The translations under genes were made by a program, and so were the position numbers. From positions 12,817 through 76,816 of the forward strand of contig JAKAMG010000014.1 of assembly GCA_021812985.1 (NCBI GenBank): 64,000 nucleotides of DNA, in the 5' to 3' direction. Below, one piece after another: positions 29,348 through 39,299 of this stretch. The notes under the pieces were generated by a model, which searched no databases, was not told the DNA's origin, and saw nothing but the letters and a program-made list of their open reading frames with translations. Position 1 is the first letter of the stretch. The number at the start of each line of letters is the position of its first letter. This DNA comes from Bacteroidota bacterium. GTDB lineage: Bacteria; Bacteroidota; Ignavibacteria; Kryptoniales; JAKASW01.

Positions 29348-31795
29348 TTGGTCGGAGGGAGTGTGAGGAGAAACAGGAGGGAATTTGCCTGGCGGCAAAT
29401 CGCGGCTCTGTTGGCGTTCGGTTGTGTCCTCTTCTTGGGCAGTTCCAGGGAGGCGAATGCGCAGCAGGGTCAAATCATAAATATCACCGCCACATCTGGG
29501 GCTACCGAGAATAATTCGTTGAACGTGAAAGCGGAGGTGAAAAGCCTTCAGAACATTTCTCAGGCGCTTCTTTTCTACAGGAACGACCTTTCAACGGATT
29601 TTCAACAGACAGAAATGAGCTTCGATGAGTCGTCGATGACTCTTAATGGCACCGTGCCGGCAGCGTATGTGGTCAGCCCTTACGTCGAGGTGTACGTGAG
29701 ACTGGTGATGCGCGACGGCACTTCCGAGACTTATCCCGTTGAGAGTCCGACGGAGAACCCGGTGCGTATTGCGGTCGCGGCGCCTGAGGCCGGACAAGAT
29801 ATACTTATAATCAGCCCGGAGCGGAACCAGAGGCTCTCGCTCGACAATCTGATGATAGCCGCTTCGATGCTTTACGCTCCTCAGTCCGTCGACAGGAAGA
29901 AAACGAAACTTTACCTGGACGGCATTGATGTCACTTCTGACGCAGTCGTTAGCGGCGATATAATTGTCTACTCCCCTTCCAAGTTTCCTATGACCATTTC
30001 ACGCGGCATCCATACCGCACGAGTCGTGCTGTACAAGTCTGACGGCAGTGAATACAACAGCCTCGAGTGGAGCTTCTTTGTTATGACCGCTGAAGAGGCC
30101 GAGGCCGAAAGCCGTGTCACCTATCAGGGCAACGCACAGGTCGAGGCGAGAAACGAAACGATAAGCGGAAGCTCAACATGGTACAACAGGGGAGACCTCA
30201 ATCTCGGCGGCGCGGGTTATGGCATGAACGTGGGCGCAAATCTCCATCTGACATCGGAGGAAAAATCTTACAGACAGCCGCAGGACAGATACGGGCTTTA
30301 CCTCGGCACCTCGTGGTTAAGCCTGAGGTTCGGAGACAGCTATCCGGCATTCAGCCCTCTGATTATGAACGGACTCCGCGTCCGCGGCGTCTCGGGCAAG
30401 GTCTCCCTGGGATTCTTCAATTTCGAGGCGGCGTACGGCCAAACGGTCAGAGGAATCAACGGCCAGTATCTAGACACAGTGGTCGTCAGCCCCGGTTCGC
30501 CGATGCAGCTGACGGGCGCGAACTACATCAAACTGAACGATTCTACTTTCGTAAACGTGGACTACGGGACTTACTCCCGCAATCTTTTCGCCGTGAGACC
30601 GTCTTTCAATTTCGGCAGCCACGCTACGCTGGGATTCACGTACCTGAAGTCCTCGGATGCAGTAAGCTCAATAGGCATCGGGACCAATCCGAACCAGAAC
30701 CTCGTGCTTGGAAGTGATTACTCGATGAATTTCGACAGTCACAGGATCAACTTCCTGGCTGAGGCGGCGATGAGCATGGTCAACCAGAACACTTCCGTGG
30801 GAACGCGCTCCGCTGCATATATCGACTCGGTCTCGCAGTCGGACGCAGGGACTCAGATCAACAACGTCGTCCCGATCACGACTCTTTCGCAATTCATCAC
30901 GATAAATGAATTTCTCGTACCGCTCGATCCTACGAAAAGATCGTCGCTCTCATGGGATGCCAGTCTGAGCCTAAACTATTTCAATACGTTCGCCAAAGTC
31001 GGCTATGTGTATCGTGGGCCGGATTACAATTCGTTTGGACAGCCGTTCATCAGGACCGATATCCGAGGCCTTAACTTCTTCGTCAGGCCGAGACTATTCA
31101 GCAATCAGGTGCTCGTTTCCCTCTCGTACGAAAATCTCTTCGACAACCTGCAAAAGAATAAGTTTGCGACAACGAATTATGTGAACTCAAATTTCTCGGT
31201 ATCGTATTTCCCCCTGGGCGCTGTTCCCAACATTACAGTCGGCTTTTCTTCCTACGCGAATTCGAACACCCTTCCGCTTGATTCGCTATACGCAGTCGAC
31301 AATTTGACGGAGAGGTACTACATCGAATCAGGCTACTCCTTCAATCTTCTCGTAAGACAGAATGCCTCGGTGAGTTTCGGAATAAGCAACAGGAAGGACA
31401 AGATCCTCCTCGGGACCGATCTGAACAATTTCAACGTCTCATTCATGCTCAACTCGGATTTCGGGGCCGTGCCCTTGAGAACGACTGTCGGCTTCAATAT
31501 CAACGGAAATAAGACCACGCTTCACGACACGACTGCGGCGACACTGGCTGAGCAGATACAGACATTCAACTACACTTTTCTGACGGTCGGAGCGCAGTAC
31601 AGGCTCTTCCATGACAAGCTCAGCATAGGTGCCAATTACACTCCGACGTTTGGAGATTTTGTGAGGAACACATTCGGCTTCGTCGCTAGTTATGCCGTCG
31701 CGAGGTCGCAATCGCTGAACCTGAACGTTAACTATTTCGCCGTAACCGGATCGAACGATTTTGTCGGCTCGCTGATATACGCCATAGATTTTTAA
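29348..31795 (+). CDS. predicted outer-membrane beta-barrel protein with an N-terminal soluble region
   Basis: 815 aa with a signal-like AALLAFGCVLFLGSSREANAQQ. It has a long Y/G/N/S-rich C-terminal part with alternating polarity and ends ..LIYAIDF (terminal aromatic residue, as in OM barrels). Exact start uncertain (TTG 29348 or GTG 29363). Confidence 0.55.
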   Translation: MVGGSVRRNRREFAWRQIAALLAFGCVLFLGSSREANAQQGQIINITATSGATENNSLNVKAEVKSLQNISQALLFYRNDLSTDFQQTEMSFDESSMTLNGTVPAAYVVSPYVEVYVRLVMRDGTSETYPVESPTENPVRIAVAAPEAGQDILIISPERNQRLSLDNLMIAASMLYAPQSVDRKKTKLYLDGIDVTSDAVVSGDIIVYSPSKFPMTISRGIHTARVVLYKSDGSEYNSLEWSFFVMTAEEAEAESRVTYQGNAQVEARNETISGSSTWYNRGDLNLGGAGYGMNVGANLHLTSEEKSYRQPQDRYGLYLGTSWLSLRFGDSYPAFSPLIMNGLRVRGVSGKVSLGFFNFEAAYGQTVRGINGQYLDTVVVSPGSPMQLTGANYIKLNDSTFVNVDYGTYSRNLFAVRPSFNFGSHATLGFTYLKSSDAVSSIGIGTNPNQNLVLGSDYSMNFDSHRINFLAEAAMSMVNQNTSVGTRSAAYIDSVSQSDAGTQINNVVPITTLSQFITINEFLVPLDPTKRSSLSWDASLSLNYFNTFAKVGYVYRGPDYNSFGQPFIRTDIRGLNFFVRPRLFSNQVLVSLSYENLFDNLQKNKFATTNYVNSNFSVSYFPLGAVPNITVGFSSYANSNTLPLDSLYAVDNLTERYYIESGYSFNLLVRQNASVSFGISNRKDKILLGTDLNNFNVSFMLNSDFGAVPLRTTVGFNINGNKTTLHDTTAATLAEQIQTFNYTFLTVGAQYRLFHDKLSIGANYTPTFGDFVRNTFGFVASYAVARSQSLNLNVNYFAVTGSNDFVGSLIYAIDF

Positions 31796-31820
31796 TCTCC
31801 GCCGTGGTTACCTTTAGCTG

Positions 31821-34022
31821 ATGCAGCAGATCGGCGGCACACTTTCGAGGACGCGGAAGTTCGTACTCCCGCTCATAATGGCCTTTGCCGCCTCGGCCGT
31901 TTCGTTTCTTCTCTCCAGGAACATCCCGTTCCATGTCCCTTTCCTCGAAACGGCTCAGTTGAGAACGATCGACGAGCGCTTCGAGGCGAGGGGCCCTGTC
32001 AATCTCGGCGATACTTCCAAAGTCGTCATTGTAGCCATTACTGACCAATCTTTCCAGACGCTTCCCAATACGCTTTTCTTTCCAAGGGAATATTACGCGA
32101 GGGCGGTCAGGAACCTCTTTGCCGCAGGGGCCAGGGCCGTCGCAATCGATGTCACCTTCGACGGCGATTCTCCGTTGGAGGGAGACGACAAAGCGTTCGC
32201 TGAAATGCTCAAAAAGTATCCTGCTACAGTCCTTGCCGTGAGAAGCAGCATTTCGGTCTCAGGGAAGTTCAAGGTGTTGAAGAGTGAAGACTTCTTTCAC
32301 AATATTTTCGTGCGTGAGGACAGCTCCATTGGGGCGGTTCTCGTTAAGAACGATCCGGACGGAGTGTACCGGAGATACATGCCGATGGTGGCATTCCAGA
32401 CTGGGGAGAACCGATTCATGGACGTCCCATCGTTCGGGTTCAGGGCAATGTCAGAGTATCTCGGGCTCAGGAATCCGATAGCGGCAGACAGCTCTTCTTA
32501 TTTTCGACTCGGGCCTGTGAAGATACCCAAGTACGATGAGACATCCATGCTTATCAACTATCCCGGCCCTTCGGGAACATTTCCCACGTACGATATCTGG
32601 CAGGTACTCGACGATTCGTCTTTCACGACGAATGACGAAAAGGACTTCGGCCTCCAGATAAATTACTATTACTCCCTTCGTGACAGCAATGTGTTCAGGA
32701 ACAAGATTGTTCTCATTGGAGCGGAGTACCCTGAGTCGGGCGACCTTAAGCCGATACCGTTTCTCAAGGACCCGACCGACGAGCACAGCAACCTCGCATA
32801 TGGGGTCGAGATTCACGCGAGTGCGATCGAAACGGTACTGGACCAGGATTTCCTGAGGCCCGTCGGCCAGCTGGCTGATTTCCTCGAGATGTTTCTGGGG
32901 GCATTCCTGATCGCCATGACCTCATTCCTCTTCAAGTCTGCGAGGCACTCGCGCATGGTCCTCGTCATATTTCTCCCGCTGGTCGTGACCGCCGGTGTCA
33001 TATATGTCTCGTACCAGGCCGCGTTCATCCTTTTCGTTGAAAGCAGGCTCGTCCTTAAGATTATATACCCTATTCTCTCGTACTCCCTTACATACGTGTC
33101 CGTTGTCGTCTACCAGTTTGTGTCCGAGCGGAAGGCCAAGACGGCGATAAAGTCGCTCTTCAGCAGATATGTCGACCCTTCAGTGGTGAACCAGCTTGTT
33201 GGAAATCCTGACCTCGTCAGGTTGGGAGGGCAGCGCAGGATCCTGTCCGTCCTGTTCTCGGACATAGCAAACTTCACGTCAGTCAGCGAGAAGCTGTCCC
33301 CTGAGGACTTGATAAATCACCTTAACGAATACCTCTCGGCGATGACTGAAGTTGTGTTTGAGAATTCGGGCACATTGGACAAGTACATAGGCGACGCGAT
33401 AATTGCCTTCTGGGGTGCCCCACTCGAATTGAAGGACCACGCTTATCAGGCTTGTAGGGCGGCTATGGAGATGACCCGAAGGCTTGATGGACTGCACTCC
33501 AAATGGTCCGCGGACGGGAAACCGATTCTAAACTTCAGGATAGGTATCAATTCCGGCGAGATGGTCGTGGGCAATGTCGGAGGAAGGGACAGGTTTGATT
33601 ATACCGTTATAGGGGACAACGTGAACCTCGCATCCCGGCTCGAGTCGGCGAACAAAATGTACAGGTCGAGGATACTCCTGAGTGAATACACGTACGAGCT
33701 CGTCAAGGAGAGAGTTTTCGCCAGGGAACTGGACCTCATCGTCGTCAAGGGAAAAACGAAGCCCGTGAAGATTTACGAGCTCCTGTCGGATCAGAAAGAC
33801 GGCATAAGCGAGGATAGACGGAAGGTCGTCGAGCTGTATTGCGCCGGTCTTTCCAAATACCGGAGCAGGGAATGGGGTGCAGCAGCTGAGCTTTTCATTA
33901 AGGCGCTGGACATCGATTCATCCGATTATCCTTCAGAGATGTACCTCGAGCGAAGCAAGCTTTACGAGATCGAGCCTCCGCCTCCTGACTGGAACGGCGT
34001 CTTCATTATGACGACCAAGTAA
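31821..34022 (+). CDS. CHASE2 sensor domain-containing class III adenylate/guanylate cyclase
   Basis: 733 aa. N-terminal TM, a ~330-aa extracytoplasmic region (VIVAITDQSF...IVLIGAEYP...) and a TM bundle. The cyclase core reads LSVLFSDIANFTSVSE, GDAIIAFWGAP, RIGINSGEMVVGNVG, DYTVIGDNVNLASRLES. Confidence 0.85.
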   Translation: MQQIGGTLSRTRKFVLPLIMAFAASAVSFLLSRNIPFHVPFLETAQLRTIDERFEARGPVNLGDTSKVVIVAITDQSFQTLPNTLFFPREYYARAVRNLFAAGARAVAIDVTFDGDSPLEGDDKAFAEMLKKYPATVLAVRSSISVSGKFKVLKSEDFFHNIFVREDSSIGAVLVKNDPDGVYRRYMPMVAFQTGENRFMDVPSFGFRAMSEYLGLRNPIAADSSSYFRLGPVKIPKYDETSMLINYPGPSGTFPTYDIWQVLDDSSFTTNDEKDFGLQINYYYSLRDSNVFRNKIVLIGAEYPESGDLKPIPFLKDPTDEHSNLAYGVEIHASAIETVLDQDFLRPVGQLADFLEMFLGAFLIAMTSFLFKSARHSRMVLVIFLPLVVTAGVIYVSYQAAFILFVESRLVLKIIYPILSYSLTYVSVVVYQFVSERKAKTAIKSLFSRYVDPSVVNQLVGNPDLVRLGGQRRILSVLFSDIANFTSVSEKLSPEDLINHLNEYLSAMTEVVFENSGTLDKYIGDAIIAFWGAPLELKDHAYQACRAAMEMTRRLDGLHSKWSADGKPILNFRIGINSGEMVVGNVGGRDRFDYTVIGDNVNLASRLESANKMYRSRILLSEYTYELVKERVFARELDLIVVKGKTKPVKIYELLSDQKDGISEDRRKVVELYCAGLSKYRSREWGAAAELFIKALDIDSSDYPSEMYLERSKLYEIEPPPPDWNGVFIMTTK

Positions 34023-34070
34023 GCGAAGCCCGAAATTGCCTTTCAGAACCCGCAGATTTAAATTTACATC

Positions 34071-35159
34071 GTGAGCAAAGATAAATCAGAACGTAGGGTT
34101 GACAAGAGGCCGCATCGTGGTGTCACTCCGGATCAGGTGGGCGACGATGCGAGGTTCGACAGAGCCCTTCGGCCCAGGCAACTAAGCGAGTTCGTCGGCC
34201 AGAAGAAGATCGTTGACAAGCTGAGCGTGTTTGTGCAGGCGGCGAAGAAGCGAGGTGAGGCCCTCGACCATGTCCTTCTCATGGGACCGCCGGGACTCGG
34301 AAAGACCACGCTCGCCAACATAATCGCCAACGAACTCGAATGTGAGATAATATCTACCACCGGTCCCTCCCTGGAGAAGGCGGGAGATCTTGCAGGCATA
34401 CTGACATCCATTCAAAAAGATGTTGTCGTGTTCATAGATGAAGTGCACAGAATCCCTGCCTCGGTTGAGGAAATTCTCTATGGAGCCATGGAGGACTACA
34501 AGCTTTCCATCGTAGTGGATAGGGGGCCCGGGGCGAGAAACGTCCAGCTGAACGTAAACCCGTTCACGCTCGTGGCCGCCACAACGCGCGCCGGTCTCCT
34601 CAGTAATCCTTTCCGGTCGAGGTTTGGCATCATCGAGCGGCTCGAGTATTACGACGATGACTACCTCGAGAAGATTGTTGCAAGATCCGCATCGATATTG
34701 AAGGTTGCGTTGGATCGAGATGCAGCCTTTGAGATCGCGAGAAGGAGCAGGGGTACTCCTCGTATTGCAAACCGGTTGTTGAGGCGAACCAGGGATTTTG
34801 CGGAAGTGAAAGGGAAGAGAAAAATAGACATAGAGATCGCGAGGCACGCGCTCGACCAGCTGGAAGTGGATAAAACGGGCCTGGACGAAATGGACAGGAA
34901 GATACTTGCCACGATAGTCGATTACTACAAGGGAGGGCCCGTCGGAGTCAACTCGATAGCTGCGGTCGTAAGCGAAGATGCAGGAACTATCGAGGAAGTC
35001 TATGAACCATTCCTTCTTCAGAAGGGATACCTCAGGAGGACTCTCCGCGGCCGTGAAGCAACCGACAAGGCTTACGAGTTTCTCGGTAAGAAGACTCGGG
35101 GCGCTTCGGTTCAATCGAGCCTTTCGTTCGGTGAATCGGAGAAGAACCCGGATGCATAG
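34071..35159 (+). CDS. ruvB: Holliday junction branch migration helicase RuvB
   Basis: 362 aa, GTG start, Walker A GPPGLGKTTLA, VFIDEVHR, and the RGTPRIANRLLRR motif. Confidence 0.95.
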   Translation: MSKDKSERRVDKRPHRGVTPDQVGDDARFDRALRPRQLSEFVGQKKIVDKLSVFVQAAKKRGEALDHVLLMGPPGLGKTTLANIIANELECEIISTTGPSLEKAGDLAGILTSIQKDVVVFIDEVHRIPASVEEILYGAMEDYKLSIVVDRGPGARNVQLNVNPFTLVAATTRAGLLSNPFRSRFGIIERLEYYDDDYLEKIVARSASILKVALDRDAAFEIARRSRGTPRIANRLLRRTRDFAEVKGKRKIDIEIARHALDQLEVDKTGLDEMDRKILATIVDYYKGGPVGVNSIAAVVSEDAGTIEEVYEPFLLQKGYLRRTLRGREATDKAYEFLGKKTRGASVQSSLSFGESEKNPDA

Positions 35160-35348
35160 CGGGAGTCCCGCATCCTGAAACACAAAATCGAATCCGCGGG
35201 CGTTGAAGTACACTTTGCTGCGGTTCTGGCTATTTCCTCAGTGCCGATCAGGCCATCGTTCCTTCAAGAAATCCTGATTCCGTCCATGGTCTTATGATGA
35301 GACTGCCTGCCTCCGCAAAGGGGCGGTCCGATCCAAGGAGCAGATAAT

Positions 35349-35948
35349 GTGAAGGCCCCATATACTCCCCTTCCTCTGGCGTTTTTCCGCCGTGACACTT
35401 TCACAATTATCCCCGGTGTTCTCGGGAAAGTTCTTGTTCGCAAGATGGGTCCGAGAATAGTGGCCGGACGGATTGTCGAAGTGGAAGCTTATGTCGGGGA
35501 TGATCCTGCCAGCCACGCTGCCAAAGGGATGACTGAGAGAAACAAGGTTATGTTTGAGGCAGGAGGAGTTGCTTACGTATATTTCACCTACGGCATGCAT
35601 TTCTGTTTTAACATCGTTACTGATCGAAAGGACTTTCCCGCGGCTCTTCTCGTGCGGGCGTTGGAGCCGGTTGCCGGAATTGATGAAATGAAGAGGCGGA
35701 GAAGGACGCAAGACTTCAGGAATCTCACAAACGGTCCGGCGAAGCTGTGCCAGGCACTGGCCATAGACAAGTCACAGAACGGGATTACGCTAGCCTCCGA
35801 CGTTCTTTTCATTGCCGATGACGGTTTCACGTTGTCGTCTGGAGACATTGCGAGGTCGCCGAGGATTGGAATAAGGAACGGAACTGAGGTGGAGTGGAGA
35901 TTTTTTCTTAAGGGGAACGCCTTCGTTAGCCGAGGAAAAACAGATTGA
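35349..35948 (+). CDS. mpg: DNA-3-methyladenine glycosylase (Mpg/AAG family)
   Basis: 199 aa, GTG start, with GRIVEVEAYVGDDPASHA...AYVYFTYGMHFCFNIV, typical of the AAG family. Confidence 0.85.
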   Translation: MKAPYTPLPLAFFRRDTFTIIPGVLGKVLVRKMGPRIVAGRIVEVEAYVGDDPASHAAKGMTERNKVMFEAGGVAYVYFTYGMHFCFNIVTDRKDFPAALLVRALEPVAGIDEMKRRRRTQDFRNLTNGPAKLCQALAIDKSQNGITLASDVLFIADDGFTLSSGDIARSPRIGIRNGTEVEWRFFLKGNAFVSRGKTD

Positions 35949-36621
35949 GGTGCGGCAGGAAGAGGATGTACAGCGCCCACATCGTCAGCCCAAAAGAGAT
36001 CGGAACGGCGATGTTATCATCAACAATGCTGTACGAGAGGACTTCAGCAACAGCCGCAACCAGCGACGCCGCCACCCCAACCGCATACTCGGCAAGCGAG
36101 TAGTTGATTTTCGGAGTCAACGCAACCGCGACAACCGCGGCCAAAATGAACGCAAGGCTTCCCTCGTAACTCTTCGGGATGCCTCGCCCGGGCAGGACCT
36201 TGTGTCTTCCGTAACGTTTGCCGAACACCGCCGAAGAAGCGTCGCCAAGTATGAGCACCGTGAAGCTGTTTATCATTATGAACTTGGGGAAGATTATGAC
36301 GCATATGACCGCCGATATGAGCATGAAGGTCGCGCCATTCAGGGCATGCTTTTTCTCGTTGACCTCATGTCTTCTCAGGAGGAATCCGAAGAATTTGTAG
36401 AAAAGTTTTGAAATGAGAGGGACGTCGTAACGAGCAAGATCCACGGTGACGAACGCAGCGGTCATGGGGATAAGAATCAGGAGCGCGATAGCCTTTGGAA
36501 TGAAGTAGTAGGTTAGCGGAATCACGAGGGAGAGGAGGTGTATCCCCTTCCTCACCAATTCCGCTTTGAAATCTACGTTGTCCTGAACCGCCACCTGCTC
36601 CATCAAATCAGTAGATGTCAA
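35926..36621 (-). CDS. polyprenol/dolichol/phytol kinase-family (CTP-dependent) membrane protein
   Basis: 231-aa polytopic protein with VRKGIHLLSL...GDASSAVFGKRYGRHK...KSYEGSLAF, resembling the cytidylyltransferase/dolichol-kinase family. Confidence 0.6.
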   Translation of the reverse strand: MTSTDLMEQVAVQDNVDFKAELVRKGIHLLSLVIPLTYYFIPKAIALLILIPMTAAFVTVDLARYDVPLISKLFYKFFGFLLRRHEVNEKKHALNGATFMLISAVICVIIFPKFIMINSFTVLILGDASSAVFGKRYGRHKVLPGRGIPKSYEGSLAFILAAVVAVALTPKINYSLAEYAVGVAASLVAAVAEVLSYSIVDDNIAVPISFGLTMWALYILFLPHLNLFFLG

Positions 36622-36676
36622 CCTGCGAACCCGGTCAATATCACATTCAATTCGGGCAGGAGAACCTTAGAGCGTC

Positions 36677-38716
36677 TCAATTGCTGTTCGCGGCCGGGGT
36701 GACCTGACCTTGCGATTCATCGGTCGGATTCTTCCCGTTTCCGTTTGGCTTCACAAAGGGAGGGAGCTCCTCGCCGCGGATCGACTTGTCAATTTCGTCA
36801 GCATCAAGTATCTCACGCTCGAGGAGGGCGTTCGCGAGCCTGTCGAGCGAGTCCCTGTGTTCGTTTATGATCTTCTCCGCGCGCGACATGCAAGTAAGGA
36901 CGATCGACCTGATCTCCTCGTCTATCTCGATCGCCGTCTTCTCGCTGTAATTTCGGTGCTTGGTTATCTCGCGTCCGAGAAAAATCTCCTGCTCGTTCTC
37001 GCCCCATGTGAGGGGACCGAGCTTGTCGCTCATGCCCCATTCGCAGACCATTTTGCGGGCGATGTTGGTGGCCTTCTCAATATCGTTGCCGGCACCTGTC
37101 GTGAATTTCTCGAAGATGATCTTCTCCGCGGCCCGTCCGCCGAGGGCGTAGGTTATCATGGCTAGGAGGTACTCGCGTGAGTAGGTGTGCTTCTCGTCTA
37201 TCGGCAGGTATGTGGTTACGCCGAGCGCCCTTCCGCGGGGAATTATCGTGACCTTGTGCACCGGGTCAGCTTCGGGTATCATTTTCGCTACAAGTACGTG
37301 ACCTGACTCGTGAAATGCCGTGACCTTCTTTTCCTCATCGGAGATGATGGTGCTTTTTCTCTCGGGACCCATCATCACCTTGTCTTTGGCCTCTTCCATG
37401 TCAGGCATGCTGACGCTGGAACTGTTTCGCCTTGCAGCGAGCAGCGCCGCCTCGTTCACGAGATTGGCGAGCTCTGCGCCGGCGAATCCGGGAGTCTCTT
37501 TCGCGATTATGCTCAGATCGACATCCGGAGCGAGAGGAATATTCCTCGTATGTACCTTCAGTATTCCTTCTCTTCCCTTGACATCGGGTCTGTCCACGAC
37601 GACCTGCCTGTCGAACCGTCCGGGACGGAGAAGGGCAGGGTCGAGTACGTCGGGTCTGTTGGTCGCGGCTATTATTATCGTTCCGCTGTTCTGTTCGAAG
37701 CCGTCCATTTCGACGAGGAGTTGATTGAGGGTTTGTTCTCGCTCATCGTGCCCCCCGCCGAGTCCGGCGCCGCGGTGCCTGCCGACCGCATCGATCTCAT
37801 CGATGAAGACTATGCAGGGAGCGTTCTTCTTCGCCGTATCAAAGAGATCTCTCACGCGGCTCGCGCCCACTCCGACGAACATTTCTACGAAATCCGCGCC
37901 GCTGATTGAGAAGAATGGCACACCTGCCTCACCGGCGACGGCACGGGCGAGCAGAGTCTTGCCGGTCCCCGGAGGGCCGAGAAGGAGAACACCCCGCGGT
38001 ATCTTTCCGCCGAGCCGCTGGAACTTCGCAGGTTCCTTCAAAAATTCTATTATCTCGCCGAGTTCCTCTTTTGCCTCATCAGCTCCCGCTACATCGTGGA
38101 AAGTCACCTTGACTTGGCTTTCGGTCATGAGCTTGGCGCGGCTTTTCCCGAAGCTGAATATTCCCTTCGTGTTGTTCCCCTGCATCCGTCTCATGAAGAC
38201 GAGCCAGATCCCGAGTATCAGCACCCATGGGAGGAAATTGATGAGCCCGTTCACCCATTGGTCGCTTTCCTTCACGAAGTTGAACTTGACGCCGTCCTTC
38301 TGCCACTGTGCCACCGTGCTGGGGTCTGCGGCCTGGGGGAGGAATACGACGAACTTGGTTATCTTCATCCTCTTGCCGGTGTCCGTCGTGATCTCGGATG
38401 GCTCCTTCAGCGTGCCATGGAAGTCGTAGTTGTTTATGTCCGACTTCTTAATGACGGCTTCCTTCACAAGCCCCGAGTCCAGCAGAGACTGGTATTGCGT
38501 GTATGTTATTTCAGTTTCCTGGTTGTCGCTCCCTCTGAAGAGGGTCATTACGAGGAAGACGGCGAGTATGATTGCCGCCCACCCAATTATGATTCTGCCG
38601 GTCCTCCAGTTGAAGTCATCCTCAGGGGGCTGGTTCGGCTTCCTTTTCAGGTTGGCCGGTGGCCCTTTTCTCTTCTGTGGGCCGTTCTTGCTTCTATCGT
38701 TCTGAGAATTCGGCAT
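36677..38716 (-). CDS. ftsH: ATP-dependent zinc metalloprotease FtsH
   Basis: 679 aa with Walker [12 protein letters not shown], the SRH region, and the HESGH zinc site. Confidence 0.95.
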   Translation of the reverse strand: MPNSQNDRSKNGPQKRKGPPANLKRKPNQPPEDDFNWRTGRIIIGWAAIILAVFLVMTLFRGSDNQETEITYTQYQSLLDSGLVKEAVIKKSDINNYDFHGTLKEPSEITTDTGKRMKITKFVVFLPQAADPSTVAQWQKDGVKFNFVKESDQWVNGLINFLPWVLILGIWLVFMRRMQGNNTKGIFSFGKSRAKLMTESQVKVTFHDVAGADEAKEELGEIIEFLKEPAKFQRLGGKIPRGVLLLGPPGTGKTLLARAVAGEAGVPFFSISGADFVEMFVGVGASRVRDLFDTAKKNAPCIVFIDEIDAVGRHRGAGLGGGHDEREQTLNQLLVEMDGFEQNSGTIIIAATNRPDVLDPALLRPGRFDRQVVVDRPDVKGREGILKVHTRNIPLAPDVDLSIIAKETPGFAGAELANLVNEAALLAARRNSSSVSMPDMEEAKDKVMMGPERKSTIISDEEKKVTAFHESGHVLVAKMIPEADPVHKVTIIPRGRALGVTTYLPIDEKHTYSREYLLAMITYALGGRAAEKIIFEKFTTGAGNDIEKATNIARKMVCEWGMSDKLGPLTWGENEQEIFLGREITKHRNYSEKTAIEIDEEIRSIVLTCMSRAEKIINEHRDSLDRLANALLEREILDADEIDKSIRGEELPPFVKPNGNGKNPTDESQGQVTPAANSN

Positions 38717-38735
38717 CTATTGAAACTCCTGTGAA

Positions 38736-39299
38736 CTATTTATCCAGTATATATATTGATCTTAGGTTTCTGGCTTTTTGAGCGTAATCCAGTCCGTATC
38801 CAATGACGAAATGGTTGGGAATTTGGAAACCTATATAATCTACCTTAAAATCGATTTTGACGCAATCACTCTTATAAAGGAGGGTTACAACCGCGAACGA
38901 CCTCGGATTCTGCTTTGCTATCAACTTTTTGATGAAGTCCATGGACAAACCGGAATCGATTATGTCTTCCACGATTATTATATCCCTGTCTGTAACCTGA
39001 CAATTCAAGTCCTTCAGAAGTTTCACGTTACCGGACGAAATCTTGGCGTCGCCGTAGCTTGAGAGCTTGAAGAAATCGATTTCGCAGTCGATCGTGATTT
39101 GCCTTATCAGGTCTGAGAAGAAGATGAACGAACCGTTCAGCACACCTATGAAGATTGGTGTCCTGCCGGAGTAGTTCCTGTTCAGCTCGTCGGCCAGCTC
39201 GCCGACTCTTTTTTGAATCTCTTCTTCCGGAATGAATACGCGGAACTTCTCGCCATTGACAGTGACGGATTGTGCGGGTTCATTTATAGCCGAATTCAA
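38736..39299 (-). CDS. hpt: hypoxanthine phosphoribosyltransferase
   Basis: 187 aa with the PRPP-binding loop IIIVEDIIDSGLS, in the conserved tilS-hpt-ftsH order. Confidence 0.9.
   Translation of the reverse strand: MNSAINEPAQSVTVNGEKFRVFIPEEEIQKRVGELADELNRNYSGRTPIFIGVLNGSFIFFSDLIRQITIDCEIDFFKLSSYGDAKISSGNVKLLKDLNCQVTDRDIIIVEDIIDSGLSMDFIKKLIAKQNPRSFAVVTLLYKSDCVKIDFKVDYIGFQIPNHFVIGYGLDYAQKARNLRSIYILDK

Noticed and set aside
34182-35213. 343-aa ORF on the minus strand.
   Set aside because: It lies entirely antisense to the well-supported ruvB gene. Its composition is Arg/Leu/Ser-rich, typical of a shadow frame in GC-rich DNA, and it has no recognisable motifs.
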